A stretch of DNA of 64,000 bases, taken from Candidatus Poribacteria bacterium (GTDB lineage Bacteria > Poribacteria > WGA-4E > UBA9662). The position numbers were made by a program, and so were the translations under genes. Positions 18,573 through 27,834 of this stretch are shown in pieces. The DNA is taken from assembly GCA_046582655.1 (NCBI GenBank), contig JAYGDX010000068.1, positions 1 to 64,000 on the forward strand, in the 5' to 3' direction. The notes below the pieces were generated by a model. It was not told the DNA's origin, ran no database searches, and saw only the letters and a list, made by a program, of their open reading frames with translations. How positions within the stretch are numbered: the first letter of the stretch is position 1; each line of letters starts with the position of its first letter.

Positions 18573-21500
18573 CTATTCGATGGCAAGAATATAATCCCGC
18601 AAAGCATGAATTTGGTTTTCTTCTTCAGCCGTTAAACTTGCTGGATCGAAATAGGACGGCATCTTGGTTCCCGGAAGCAACTTTTGCGGATCAAGCAACC
18701 ATTTGACGATCCACTTCGGTTTCAATCGTTTTTTCGCCATCGCTAAGTTAGGAGCCCAGTTTGCTGGTGAGCCTCCAGGCATTTGATTCCCTTTGATATG
18801 ACACTTGATGCACTGAAACTCTTGCTCTAGAAGATTTTTGGCGTTGGCGTACCCGCCTTCAGTGAATTCTGGGTTTAGGTCATCGACAAATGGAAAGTCT
18901 TGCTGATCAAGATAACTGAAATACCTGACCAGTGCATTAACCTGCTCTTCGGTAAAGTTGAAGGTCGGCATTCGAACCTTCAGCCATGGCCGAATGGGCG
19001 TAGGCGCACGGAAAAAGCTGTATAACCAATTGGTTTGTACCTTTTGACCTTCGCCTATCAAGTTAGGAGGACTGTAACTGTTGGTTACAGTTTGAGCGTC
19101 ATTTTTGTCACGTTCCTCAAAGTGTACAAGCCAATTCGTAATACTGGGCCTAATTGATCCGCCCTTATCCTCAAGGAGATGACAACCAGTACAATTGTAT
19201 TCACGAGCCAAGCTTTGTCCTCGCTCAACATAAACATTCTCTGGCGTCCGAGGTATAATCTTGGACGATAGGGCTTCTTGGTTGACGAAACCTAGCAAGG
19301 CAGTCACAATCGCTTCAACTTCTAAGTCGCTTAAGCCGAAGTTTGGCATTCGGGTCTTTTCAGTGAACTTTTTGAGTTTGACTACCTTGGCATCATCCAG
19401 ATTGGCGATCTTCTCTGTGTTGCGATCAATAATGGCATTGGTATCCCAAATCCGTGGATTCAGTAGCTTTTGGCTGAACCAACCGTAATTGGTATGACTC
19501 AAATGTTTCAAGCTGTCAAGTTCAATGTGACCATCATGTTGATCATAGATGGCTTCTTGTACCGAACCAAAGTCAAGTTTCTTGGTCATCTTACTGCCAT
19601 GATACGTTAAGTCTACACCAACCGGTTTCTGGTTCTCAAATCCGGGAATGTTATGACAACCGTAACAACCATAGTGAGAAATCAGTTTCTGACCAGTGAA
19701 AGACAGCATCCAATCCGTACTCATCTCTTTAATCTCTTTTTCCACCTGAGCCTCTGATTTAGAACCTTCCAGAAACTCCGCTGCGATAGTCTTCAATATC
19801 TCTTTATTCAGCGATCTTACGTTCGTTTCCTTGAAAGTCTGACGCAGGGTAACAAGATAAGAAGTAAGGTCCACTGCTTCCTGATCCGTCAGTCGCAAAT
19901 TGGGCATTCGTGTATCCGGGTTGTATCGGTTGGGATCTTTCAGCCAGTTATATACCCACTTTGGAGAAGTCTTGACACCAGTGCCGATTAAGTTCGGGCC
20001 TTGCTCAATACGCATCGCATTCCGATGAGTTTCGATTTTAGCTTTTTTCCGGGCATTTGTATCGGTCGGTAAAAAATCGGTTGATTCGATTGATGACTCA
20101 GGCGAGATTTGGTGACATCCCATACAACCAAGCGAATTGAAAAGTGTTTCTCCCCTTCCGGCATCACCTCTAACTGGGATATCTGCCATCTCAAATTCTG
20201 AACTTTTCTGGTAGAGATAGTGAGCAATAGCATGAACTTCTTGATCGTTTCGTTCGTCAGTATGTCTGTTGTTGAGAAGACCATAAAATTTTGGCATCCA
20301 AGTATTATGACGGAAATCCTGGGGATTTTTAATCCAGTTGCGTGTCCAATCTTCATCTTCGATCTTTGAGGCAATCTTGGTTAAACTCGGCCCAACAGGT
20401 TTTCTTTCCTCATATTTTTGTATATTATGACAGCCATAGCAACCAGCTTTCTCAATTAATGCAAGGCCAAGAGTCAGTTTCTCCCCGCCTTCAATCTCTG
20501 ACTCACCAGCATGGCATTTGAAACAACCTGCTTCAGCATACTTGGTTGGAAACATCGGTCTCTCCCAGTGGTGAAGGGTAAACCAATCTGGATGGGTGTT
20601 TTTGGTTGGGTAATTATGAATTTCTCCCCATTCCTCTTCTTGATAGTGAGATGAAGGTTTATGCACAACTGAAGAGAAGCTTGTACCACGACCGCGGCCT
20701 GCGTGGCAACTTGTGCAACCAAACTGCTCAATTGGATGTGGCGAATCGCTACTGAGAAATAGGTCCAACCTTGGATGTGCTCTGAATGGTTGTTTCACTG
20801 TTTGCAGAATGCCATCTTGGTTACGGTCTTCTTCTGGATCAAGTGAACTATTTCCATTATCATCTTCATGCATGTAATCTTTGCGCTGAATGCCCTGATG
20901 ACAGGTAGTGCATCTGTCAACTTTTGGAACCTTGGAAAACTTTAAGTCCTCAATCACGTCAGGGACGACAATTTGATCAATTTTATAGTAGGGACTGGAG
21001 AGATCAAGAACAGGAAGATCTCGGATATAGTTACCCACCACATTCATTGCACGAGCCACGCCTGCCCCAAATTTGCCTCGACTATCAACTTCATATATTT
21101 CGTTTTGGAGACCAGTGTTGTTTCCTATACTGACGAGTTGAGGATCCACTTTTCTCAATTTGCTTTTTAAGACATCCACTTCCGACATGAAGGCTGTGGC
21201 TCCTTTTTCCAGACGTTTTTTCTCTTTTTCATAGTCTTTCAGTTCGGAACGAAGTGACTCAAGCTTCTGATTGGAACCTTCTATTTTCGGTGCCAACTCA
21301 TTCATTTTCCGCTCTTTATCCTGCATTTGAGCCTTTAGCTTTCCGGAACTATCATGCTTTCCATGATGAGCTGAGGCCTCTTCATAAAGATATTTGACCT
21401 CATCATACAAAGATTTTCTTCTTTGGTATTCGCTAGCATATCTGAAGTTATCCGCTTCTTCTTTAGCAATTTTTGTTTTAAGTTCTTCGACCTTTTCGTA

Positions 21501-21770
21501 TTCATCATCTAGAGCACGTTCTGCTTCATCAAGTGCATACATTGTCTCTTTGTACTCAGCCTGATTCAGCAGTTTCGCTTCTGCTTCCAAGAATGCATCC
21601 TTGGTTTTATCAACTTCCAATTGGCGAAATTCTCGCTGATATTCTTTCCATTTACGCGAATAATCATCGTGAAACATCCAAAGAAGAACTGAAACAAATA
21701 TGATGCTGGAGATAGCAAACCATTTATTGAGGAGAGAAATTCTATAGTATCGTTCTTCTTGCTCTGCCAT
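18573..21770 (-). CDS. Membrane-anchored octaheme cytochrome c (bc-complex associated)
   Basis: N-terminal TM, coiled coil, 8 CxxCH motifs (CTTCH, CTSCH, CFKCH, CYGCH, CMGCH, CYGCH, CTGCH, CIKCH). Confidence 0.92.
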   Translation of the reverse strand: MAEQEERYYRISLLNKWFAISSIIFVSVLLWMFHDDYSRKWKEYQREFRQLEVDKTKDAFLEAEAKLLNQAEYKETMYALDEAERALDDEYEKVEELKTKIAKEEADNFRYASEYQRRKSLYDEVKYLYEEASAHHGKHDSSGKLKAQMQDKERKMNELAPKIEGSNQKLESLRSELKDYEKEKKRLEKGATAFMSEVDVLKSKLRKVDPQLVSIGNNTGLQNEIYEVDSRGKFGAGVARAMNVVGNYIRDLPVLDLSSPYYKIDQIVVPDVIEDLKFSKVPKVDRCTTCHQGIQRKDYMHEDDNGNSSLDPEEDRNQDGILQTVKQPFRAHPRLDLFLSSDSPHPIEQFGCTSCHAGRGRGTSFSSVVHKPSSHYQEEEWGEIHNYPTKNTHPDWFTLHHWERPMFPTKYAEAGCFKCHAGESEIEGGEKLTLGLALIEKAGCYGCHNIQKYEERKPVGPSLTKIASKIEDEDWTRNWIKNPQDFRHNTWMPKFYGLLNNRHTDERNDQEVHAIAHYLYQKSSEFEMADIPVRGDAGRGETLFNSLGCMGCHQISPESSIESTDFLPTDTNARKKAKIETHRNAMRIEQGPNLIGTGVKTSPKWVYNWLKDPNRYNPDTRMPNLRLTDQEAVDLTSYLVTLRQTFKETNVRSLNKEILKTIAAEFLEGSKSEAQVEKEIKEMSTDWMLSFTGQKLISHYGCYGCHNIPGFENQKPVGVDLTYHGSKMTKKLDFGSVQEAIYDQHDGHIELDSLKHLSHTNYGWFSQKLLNPRIWDTNAIIDRNTEKIANLDDAKVVKLKKFTEKTRMPNFGLSDLEVEAIVTALLGFVNQEALSSKIIPRTPENVYVERGQSLAREYNCTGCHLLEDKGGSIRPSITNWLVHFEERDKNDAQTVTNSYSPPNLIGEGQKVQTNWLYSFFRAPTPIRPWLKVRMPTFNFTEEQVNALVRYFSYLDQQDFPFVDDLNPEFTEGGYANAKNLLEQEFQCIKCHIKGNQMPGGSPANWAPNLAMAKKRLKPKWIVKWLLDPQKLLPGTKMPSYFDPASLTAEEENQIHALRDYILAIE

Positions 21771-21852
21771 TATTGACGGTAACCTTTAATAATCATGAAT
21801 AAAAAAACCTTCTGCATCCGCATCTTGATGTTGAGTGCATAGAAAAACGTGA

Positions 21853-22971
21853 TTAAATGTTAAAGAAGTATTCCGGGATAGCAATTAAGTATTTCAGGTT
21901 AAACAACCATCTCAAATACATTTTTGCCGGGAGAGCAACTAAGGAAAGCAACAAAACGAGAAAAACGCTGTATCGCACGGTTCCAAGCTTTTCAAAATAT
22001 TTCTTTAAAATAGTTAGCGTCAGAATTGGCGGAAGTAGCGCGAAATACCCGCCGATAAGAAGGAACCCGAAAATCTCCCTCTTTAAAATATTTTTAGGTA
22101 ACCCTTTCGCCAGAAATTTCACCCAGACATATTCCGACAAATTAACATTAGTCAAGGCTGGTAATAAGTGCGGATCCCAATATTGAAAGGGACCAAAAAA
22201 ATTCCAGTTAGGACCGCGTAAAAAGGTACCAATGATAATCATTACAACCCACATGCCTAGCCATCCAAACAGGAAAATAGAGATCTCCGCTTTACGTTCA
22301 GCATAACTGTAGTAACCTGATCCTTTTTGATTAAGGTCAATGTAAGGTATAGCCATTAACCCAACAATTATAAGTGTTGGGAAAACCACTCCAGCTAGCC
22401 ATGGATCGTAATAGACCAGCATTTCTTGCAAGCCTAGAAAGTACCAAGGAGCCTTCGACGGATTGGGAGAATCTGCCAGATTCGCTGGCTCCTCAAGTGG
22501 AGCTTTCAGAACAATTCCCCAGACAGTTAGAAAAACCGAGCAGAGAATGAGTGCAATAAACTCAATATAGATAAGATCCGGCCAAACAAGTACCTTATCT
22601 TCGGGATCGTTGTATTCAGCTACGGGTTCGTTATTGGCTATCCGTTCGTCGTTCTCATGTGCCTGCTTCATTCCCAGCCACAAAAAGAAAGTAACTCCAA
22701 AAATCAAGCCTACGATCGGTACATTGTCCGGTTTGAAAATAATCAGTTGGAAATTCTGATCGGTCAATCCGCCAAAGAGAAAGAAAGCAAGTAAAACTGC
22801 AAAAAGGGCAATCCCTCCCTTATTGCTCCAAACTTTGTAGATTCCCAACTTTCGGTTAATTTTCATGAACCAATTACTGGGTGGGAAAATGAAGAAAAAC
22901 ACAGCAATGATAACAGTAAAAAGTACTGTCGGCTTAGAGATTTGATTGATCAGGTTTTTTATTGTTTCCAT
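21853..22971 (-). CDS. Cytochrome b C-terminal subunit (subunit IV-like) of a Rieske/cyt b complex, extended
   Basis: WPDL, APLEEPAN...PNPSKAPWYFLGLQE, PYID, TFLRGPNW. Confidence 0.88.
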   Translation of the reverse strand: METIKNLINQISKPTVLFTVIIAVFFFIFPPSNWFMKINRKLGIYKVWSNKGGIALFAVLLAFFLFGGLTDQNFQLIIFKPDNVPIVGLIFGVTFFLWLGMKQAHENDERIANNEPVAEYNDPEDKVLVWPDLIYIEFIALILCSVFLTVWGIVLKAPLEEPANLADSPNPSKAPWYFLGLQEMLVYYDPWLAGVVFPTLIIVGLMAIPYIDLNQKGSGYYSYAERKAEISIFLFGWLGMWVVMIIIGTFLRGPNWNFFGPFQYWDPHLLPALTNVNLSEYVWVKFLAKGLPKNILKREIFGFLLIGGYFALLPPILTLTILKKYFEKLGTVRYSVFLVLLLSLVALPAKMYLRWLFNLKYLIAIPEYFFNI

Positions 22972-23000
22972 GCGAATTAAATTTTCTTTCCTGCTTCACT

Positions 23001-23801
23001 TTAAGTTGGGCCAGAAATACCTCCATCCTTTCGAACTCGCCAAAAATGGACAGCCATAAAAATCATGATGATAAAGGGCAAGCCTATACAATGTAGGACG
23101 TAGAACCTGAGAAGGGTTGCTTCTCCAACAAAGCGTCCAGCTTTTAAGATAAAACTCATATCGGCTCCCGGATGGACCAGTTTGACATCGCCAATCTGCA
23201 TTAGAGCAGCACCTGGGCCTTCATAACCGACGAATGGAGACGCCCTCCCCATGTTTGTTCCGACTGTAATAGCCCATATGGCTAACTGATCCCAAGGTAA
23301 AAGATAGCCAGTAAAGCTCAATAACAAAGTTAAAGTCAGAAGTATAACGCCCACAGCCCAATTGAACTCTCGGGGTGGTTTATATGATCCGGTCAAAAAT
23401 ACCCGAAACATGTGTAACCATACCGTAATGACCATCAGGTGGGCCCCCCAACGATGGATCTCGCGCATAATACCCAACGGCACCTGTTCGCCAAGGTCAA
23501 TCATATCCATGTATGCATGTTCAACAGTTGGTCGATAATAAAACATCAGCAGAATGCCAGTAATCGTTAGGATAAGAAACACAAAAAAGGAAAGGCCTCC
23601 CATACACCACGTGTATTTAATTTTGACAGCATGCTTGGGTAATCGTACTGGATGAAGATGCAAGAAAACATTGTTCAGCACACCCATCATTCTCTGCCGC
23701 CTGGTCGTTGGTATTCCACCTGTGCGGAAGATCGATCGCCAAATTTGTGTGCTACTCACTTTTTGAAAGAGGCTTTCTTTACCCCCTCTTGAATCTTTCA
23801 T
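23001..23801 (-). CDS. petB: Cytochrome b N-terminal (b6-like) subunit
   Basis: WCMGG, TGILLMFYYRP, IHRWGAHLMV...LHMFR, PREFNW, TGYLLPWDQ, FYVLH...VHF; ATG 23801 with GAGAGGA RBS. Confidence 0.92.
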   Translation of the reverse strand: MKDSRGGKESLFQKVSSTQIWRSIFRTGGIPTTRRQRMMGVLNNVFLHLHPVRLPKHAVKIKYTWCMGGLSFFVFLILTITGILLMFYYRPTVEHAYMDMIDLGEQVPLGIMREIHRWGAHLMVITVWLHMFRVFLTGSYKPPREFNWAVGVILLTLTLLLSFTGYLLPWDQLAIWAITVGTNMGRASPFVGYEGPGAALMQIGDVKLVHPGADMSFILKAGRFVGEATLLRFYVLHCIGLPFIIMIFMAVHFWRVRKDGGISGPT

Positions 23802-23823
23802 TAAACAGTTTCCTCTCGATACA

Positions 23824-24732
23824 CTACACAACTAGATAAGACTCAGATTTTTCCCATTCACCTTTTTCTTGTTGAAATTTCTGGTTTTTGTCAATCAGGA
23901 TTTGACCATCATCAGCTCTAACAATGCGGTACCGTTCTAAGGGCCTTGGAGCTGGGCCTTCAAAGTTAATTCCTGTTTTACGAAAACCACTACCATGGCA
24001 TGGACATTTAAATTTGCTCTCACCACCTAGCCAATTGGGAGTGCATCCCAAATGTGTGCACGTTGTTGACAGCGCATAGATGTATTCATCAGTTCGACCA
24101 ATCCAAACCCCATATTTTTCTTTCCACTTTTCATTAATCTCACCGATCGTATAATCGTCTGGATAACCGGCCTTAAAGGATTGAGGCGGTTCAAAAAGAA
24201 CGTTTGGAAATAAAAAGCGTCCCATCATAGTCAAAAAGACGCCGGTTGCCGCAGCGAAAGCAGCCCAACCAATTCCTAGCCAAGGTATAAAGGAACGTCT
24301 ATCTATTGGATCAACGGTAATTATGCCTCTCGGTGTATCGAAGACTTCGGGAACTGCAGTCCCGGTAACAAACGGGTGGTTGTCTGCCTCTTTAGTTGTT
24401 GTTCGGGCTGCCTTGGCCGCTGGTTTCTGGGCAGATGCCTTAGGAGCAACAGTTTTCTGAGGCGTCGCAGCAGATGCACCACCACCTTGTTTGGCTCTTT
24501 TACGAAGGATCATTTTCTGTCGGGATGGTGATAATCCTTCCAGTTCGGCATCGTCGAAATCGTCTTCTGGGGGCGGTGAGGCTTCTTGATCTACTGACTC
24601 TTCTTCCGGTTGAAGCGTTGGAACAGATGCACCACCGCCTTGTTTGGCTCTTTTACGAAGGATCATTTTCTGTCGGGATGGTGATAATCCTTCCAGTTCG
24701 GCATCGTCGAAGATATCGTTTTCTTCACTCAT
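23824..24732 (-). CDS. petC: Rieske iron-sulfur protein with long repetitive N-terminal extension
   Basis: Tat-like DRRSFI plus TM helix, CTHLGC, CPCHGS, GPAPRPL. Confidence 0.93.
   Translation of the reverse strand: MSEENDIFDDAELEGLSPSRQKMILRKRAKQGGGASVPTLQPEEESVDQEASPPPEDDFDDAELEGLSPSRQKMILRKRAKQGGGASAATPQKTVAPKASAQKPAAKAARTTTKEADNHPFVTGTAVPEVFDTPRGIITVDPIDRRSFIPWLGIGWAAFAAATGVFLTMMGRFLFPNVLFEPPQSFKAGYPDDYTIGEINEKWKEKYGVWIGRTDEYIYALSTTCTHLGCTPNWLGGESKFKCPCHGSGFRKTGINFEGPAPRPLERYRIVRADDGQILIDKNQKFQQEKGEWEKSESYLVV
24471..24711. repeat. 88-bp direct repeat (87/88 identical) inside the Rieske gene
   Basis: Copies 24471-24558 and 24624-24711 each encode FDDAELEGLSPSRQKMILRKRAKQGGGAS. Confidence 0.95.
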
Positions 24733-25661
24733 TTTAATGCCTCCATTGCAGCATTACGCACTTTCATATTGGGATCGTTTTTGCTTAATTTCTTGATCGC
24801 TTCACTCAGAACAGGATTTTTAATATGTGTTGATGCTCTAATTGCCACGAGAATTATCTGATTTTGTTCGTATGGATCAACTTCAGAAAATTTGTCCAGA
24901 TATTCTCTGTCCAGCAAACGAAGGATGACTTGCTGTCCCGAACTATCACCCATCTTAGCCAAAGCAATGGCAGCATCCCATCTGACATTTTCCTCGGTGT
25001 CATTTAAAGCTCCTTGCAAGTGTTGGATGGAACTCGACTGACCGATATTGCCAAGCGTAATGACAGCAGCTAATCTCACTTCAGGTTGTGGGTGATCGAT
25101 ATACTGGTGAATGCTGCTAACCGCACCTGAATCTCTTAGCGATCCAAGTGCATATATAACAGAAATCAGGTTATCCAGATTATCTTCTCTTTCAAGAGCT
25201 TTTCGTAGGGGGATAGCGAATTTAGGGTTTTCCGTATGCCCCATTGCTCTGGCAAGGTAATTTCGGACACGCTTGTCATCAGCTTTCGTGATTGGGCTGT
25301 TGAAGACACTGATCATCTCCGCAACGAAGCGATCTTCATTAATGGCTGGATTGGGTTTGGATAATAATTTGGATAGTTCAAACGCAGATTGCCAACGGAC
25401 TGTTTGATTGCCTATCTTGATTTTGTTAAGGTGATTGTAGACATCGTCATTTTCCCAAGTCAGGAGGGAAAAGACGGCAAACACCACCACACAGAAACAG
25501 GCAATCATAAATGGGATCACAAAAAAAGAGTGGATGATAACACCCACTACACTTTTTTGCTTCAACTCTACATTTTCTGATGAATGCTTTGCTTTGCCAT
25601 CAACAACCGGATTTTGCTCTGTTTCTTGATGGATTGTAGAAATCGAATTTCCCACCAGCAA
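24729..25661 (-). CDS. Membrane-anchored HEAT-repeat protein
   Basis: One TM, repeats VRNYLARAMG, VRLAAVITLG, VRWDAAIALA, VRNAAMEAL; 4-bp overlap with Rieske gene. Confidence 0.88.
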   Translation of the reverse strand: MLVGNSISTIHQETEQNPVVDGKAKHSSENVELKQKSVVGVIIHSFFVIPFMIACFCVVVFAVFSLLTWENDDVYNHLNKIKIGNQTVRWQSAFELSKLLSKPNPAINEDRFVAEMISVFNSPITKADDKRVRNYLARAMGHTENPKFAIPLRKALEREDNLDNLISVIYALGSLRDSGAVSSIHQYIDHPQPEVRLAAVITLGNIGQSSSIQHLQGALNDTEENVRWDAAIALAKMGDSSGQQVILRLLDREYLDKFSEVDPYEQNQIILVAIRASTHIKNPVLSEAIKKLSKNDPNMKVRNAAMEALK

Positions 25662-25699
25662 CCCGTTAAAACTCCATCACCTGAATTCAGCTTGGAGTG

Positions 25700-25729
25700 A
25701 TGATAACATTACTAAAAATACTAAGTCAA
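25700..25729 (-). promoter_or_regulatory. Putative sigma70 promoter of the respiratory operon
   Basis: TTGACT-18 bp-TATCAT with TG extension. Confidence 0.6.
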
Positions 25730-25803
25730 GAGTATTTCTGAGATAAAAGCTACTTGCAAATGAACCATAAAAATCTGATAATATTTTGATCTAACATCGG
25801 AGA

Positions 25804-25878
25804 TGGTGGGACGTACTGGATTTGAACCAGTGACTTCTACCGTGTGAAGGTAGCGCTCTACCCCTGAGCTAACGCCCC
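25804..25878 (-). tRNA. tRNA-Val(CAC)
   Basis: GGGGCGTTAGCTCAGGGGTAGAGC, anticodon arm CTACC-TTCACAC-GGTAG, GGTTCAAATCC, encoded CCA. Confidence 0.96.
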
Positions 25879-25886
25879 ATAATTGA

Positions 25887-25959
25887 TGGGCCCACTAGGA
25901 CTTGAACCTAGGACCGATCGGTTATGAGCCGATTGCTCTAACCACTGAGCTATGGACCC
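25887..25959 (-). tRNA. tRNA with CAT anticodon, most likely tRNA-Ile2
   Basis: GGGTCCATAGCTCAGTGGTTAGAGC, ATCGG-CTCATAA-CCGAT, GGTTCAAGTCC; lacks initiator features; no encoded CCA. Confidence 0.9.
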
Positions 25960-25980
25960 CAATTAGGCTACAAGCTAAGG

Positions 25981-26009
25981 ATTATAATTGCAGCGCCCTC
26001 ATTTGTCAA
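25981..26009 (-). promoter_or_regulatory. Consensus sigma70 promoter of tRNA-Ile2/tRNA-Val
   Basis: TTGACA-17 bp-TATAAT, perfect consensus. Confidence 0.85.
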
Positions 26010-26030
26010 TGCTATTTGGAACAGATTTTG

Positions 26031-27773
26031 TTATTGATCAAGCAAGCCCCTTAACCAATAACTGCGAGTTGGATGTCGAAGTTTCCGCAAGGCTTTTGCC
26101 TCAATCTGACGGACTCGCTCACGAGTCACGCTAAATTCCATTCCAACTTCTTCCAGCGTACACGGACAACCGTCTTCAATACCAAATCGGAGTATAATCA
26201 CACGCCTCTCTCTTGCCGTTAACGTATCGAGGACCTCGTTCACTTTCTCCTTAAGCATTACCAAAGCCGTTGCATTAATAGGAGAATTGATCTTTTTATC
26301 CTCGATAAAATCACCGAGCTGAGTATCGTCTTCATCTCCAATCGGCGTTTCGAGCGAAATCGGTTCCTGTGCGACTTCCAGTATCTGCCGCACTTTTTCA
26401 ACGCTCATCTCCATTTGCTTGGCAATCGATAGAGGGTCGGGGTCTTGGCCATTCTCCTGTACAAGATGGCGAGAGGTACGAAGTAGTTTGTTGATTGTTT
26501 CAATCATATGTACCGGAACACGGATAGTACGTCCTTGATCAGCAATCGCACGCGTAATACCCTGCCGTATCCACCAAGTCGCATAGGTACTGAATTTATA
26601 GCCTCGTCGATAATCAAACTTATCAACCGCTTTCATAAGTCCAATATTACCCTCCTGAATCAAATCGAGGAACACCAAACCGGAAGCGCGATTTCTATAT
26701 TTTTTAGCGATGCTAACCACTAATCGCAGATTAGATTCAACAATTTCCATCTTTGCTTCCTGCGACAGGTTTTTACCTCTATTTATTTTATCAACTACCT
26801 GAAACAACTCTTTGTGAGATAGTCCCACCTCTGACTCGATATGTTTAATCTGGCGTTTTGCCCTAACAATCCCTCGATTGTATTCAACCAAATCCTCTTC
26901 AATCTTAGGACTTCCATTCCGAAAATTATTTTCGACTACTTGTTGAATCTGTTCAGATGACATGCCGACAATATCTTCAATAGCAGTTATCTTGCCCGAA
27001 AGATCTTTTACTCTTCTGACCAATTCTCTAAACTCATCACAGATTGCGAGAATTTCGTCTTGGTTGATCTTAACAAGTTTTAGTTTTCCCGAGATTTCTT
27101 CATGATTCAATCTTAAGCCATCTTCAATCCGTTTTCTAGACTTACGATCAAGATTGTTTTTCGCCAACTGTATCTCTTTTTCACAAACCTGAGCCTCAAT
27201 TTTCTTCAACTCACCGATCAGTCGCTTGGTGAGTTCAAGATATCGATTATCCTTTTCATCTATGGAGGAAATCTCGACAGGAAAATCTAAAAGGTCTGAT
27301 GGCCTCTTCCTACCTGAAACAACGATATAGAAAATTCTCTTAATTTTTACTACTCCATAGGCACTTGAAAAAATAGAATCACGAACAATATTAAATCCTT
27401 CCTGAATTTTTTTAGATAGATCAATTTCGCGTTGTTTCGATAATAACGGAATCTTACCCATCTCCTTCAGGTACACTTTAATAGGGTCATCTGTTTTATC
27501 AAGTTCACCGGCACTCAAATCAAGAAAGGTTTCATCATCTTGATTTTGATTTTGATTTTGATTTTGGATATGATTCTCAGATTCTAAATACTGACTTATA
27601 TTAGCTATTTCCATCGCTGCGAAATCTCCTTCATCTATATAAGCGTCAGAAAGGCGAAGTTGACTAAAATCACCCAACAATGTTTGACTAAGGTTCGCTG
27701 CTGATGGAGTTCCACCATCAGCGATCTCTAAATAATTGTCCCCCGTGTTTGAGAAATCAGCAGAATTTTCCAT
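26031..27773 (-). CDS. rpoD: Primary RNA polymerase sigma70 factor
   Basis: [70 protein letters not shown]; downstream of dnaG. Confidence 0.96.
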   Translation of the reverse strand: MENSADFSNTGDNYLEIADGGTPSAANLSQTLLGDFSQLRLSDAYIDEGDFAAMEIANISQYLESENHIQNQNQNQNQDDETFLDLSAGELDKTDDPIKVYLKEMGKIPLLSKQREIDLSKKIQEGFNIVRDSIFSSAYGVVKIKRIFYIVVSGRKRPSDLLDFPVEISSIDEKDNRYLELTKRLIGELKKIEAQVCEKEIQLAKNNLDRKSRKRIEDGLRLNHEEISGKLKLVKINQDEILAICDEFRELVRRVKDLSGKITAIEDIVGMSSEQIQQVVENNFRNGSPKIEEDLVEYNRGIVRAKRQIKHIESEVGLSHKELFQVVDKINRGKNLSQEAKMEIVESNLRLVVSIAKKYRNRASGLVFLDLIQEGNIGLMKAVDKFDYRRGYKFSTYATWWIRQGITRAIADQGRTIRVPVHMIETINKLLRTSRHLVQENGQDPDPLSIAKQMEMSVEKVRQILEVAQEPISLETPIGDEDDTQLGDFIEDKKINSPINATALVMLKEKVNEVLDTLTARERRVIILRFGIEDGCPCTLEEVGMEFSVTRERVRQIEAKALRKLRHPTRSYWLRGLLDQ

Positions 27774-27834
27774 TTCTATATTTTATTCCGTTTCAGATTT
27801 GCTTGCCATGTCGTAGAAAATAATGACTGTAAAC

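Noticed and set aside
21805..21846. Internal terminator between cytochrome b and octaheme genes
   Set aside because: The stem is irregular with several bulges despite a U-tract; too weak to call.
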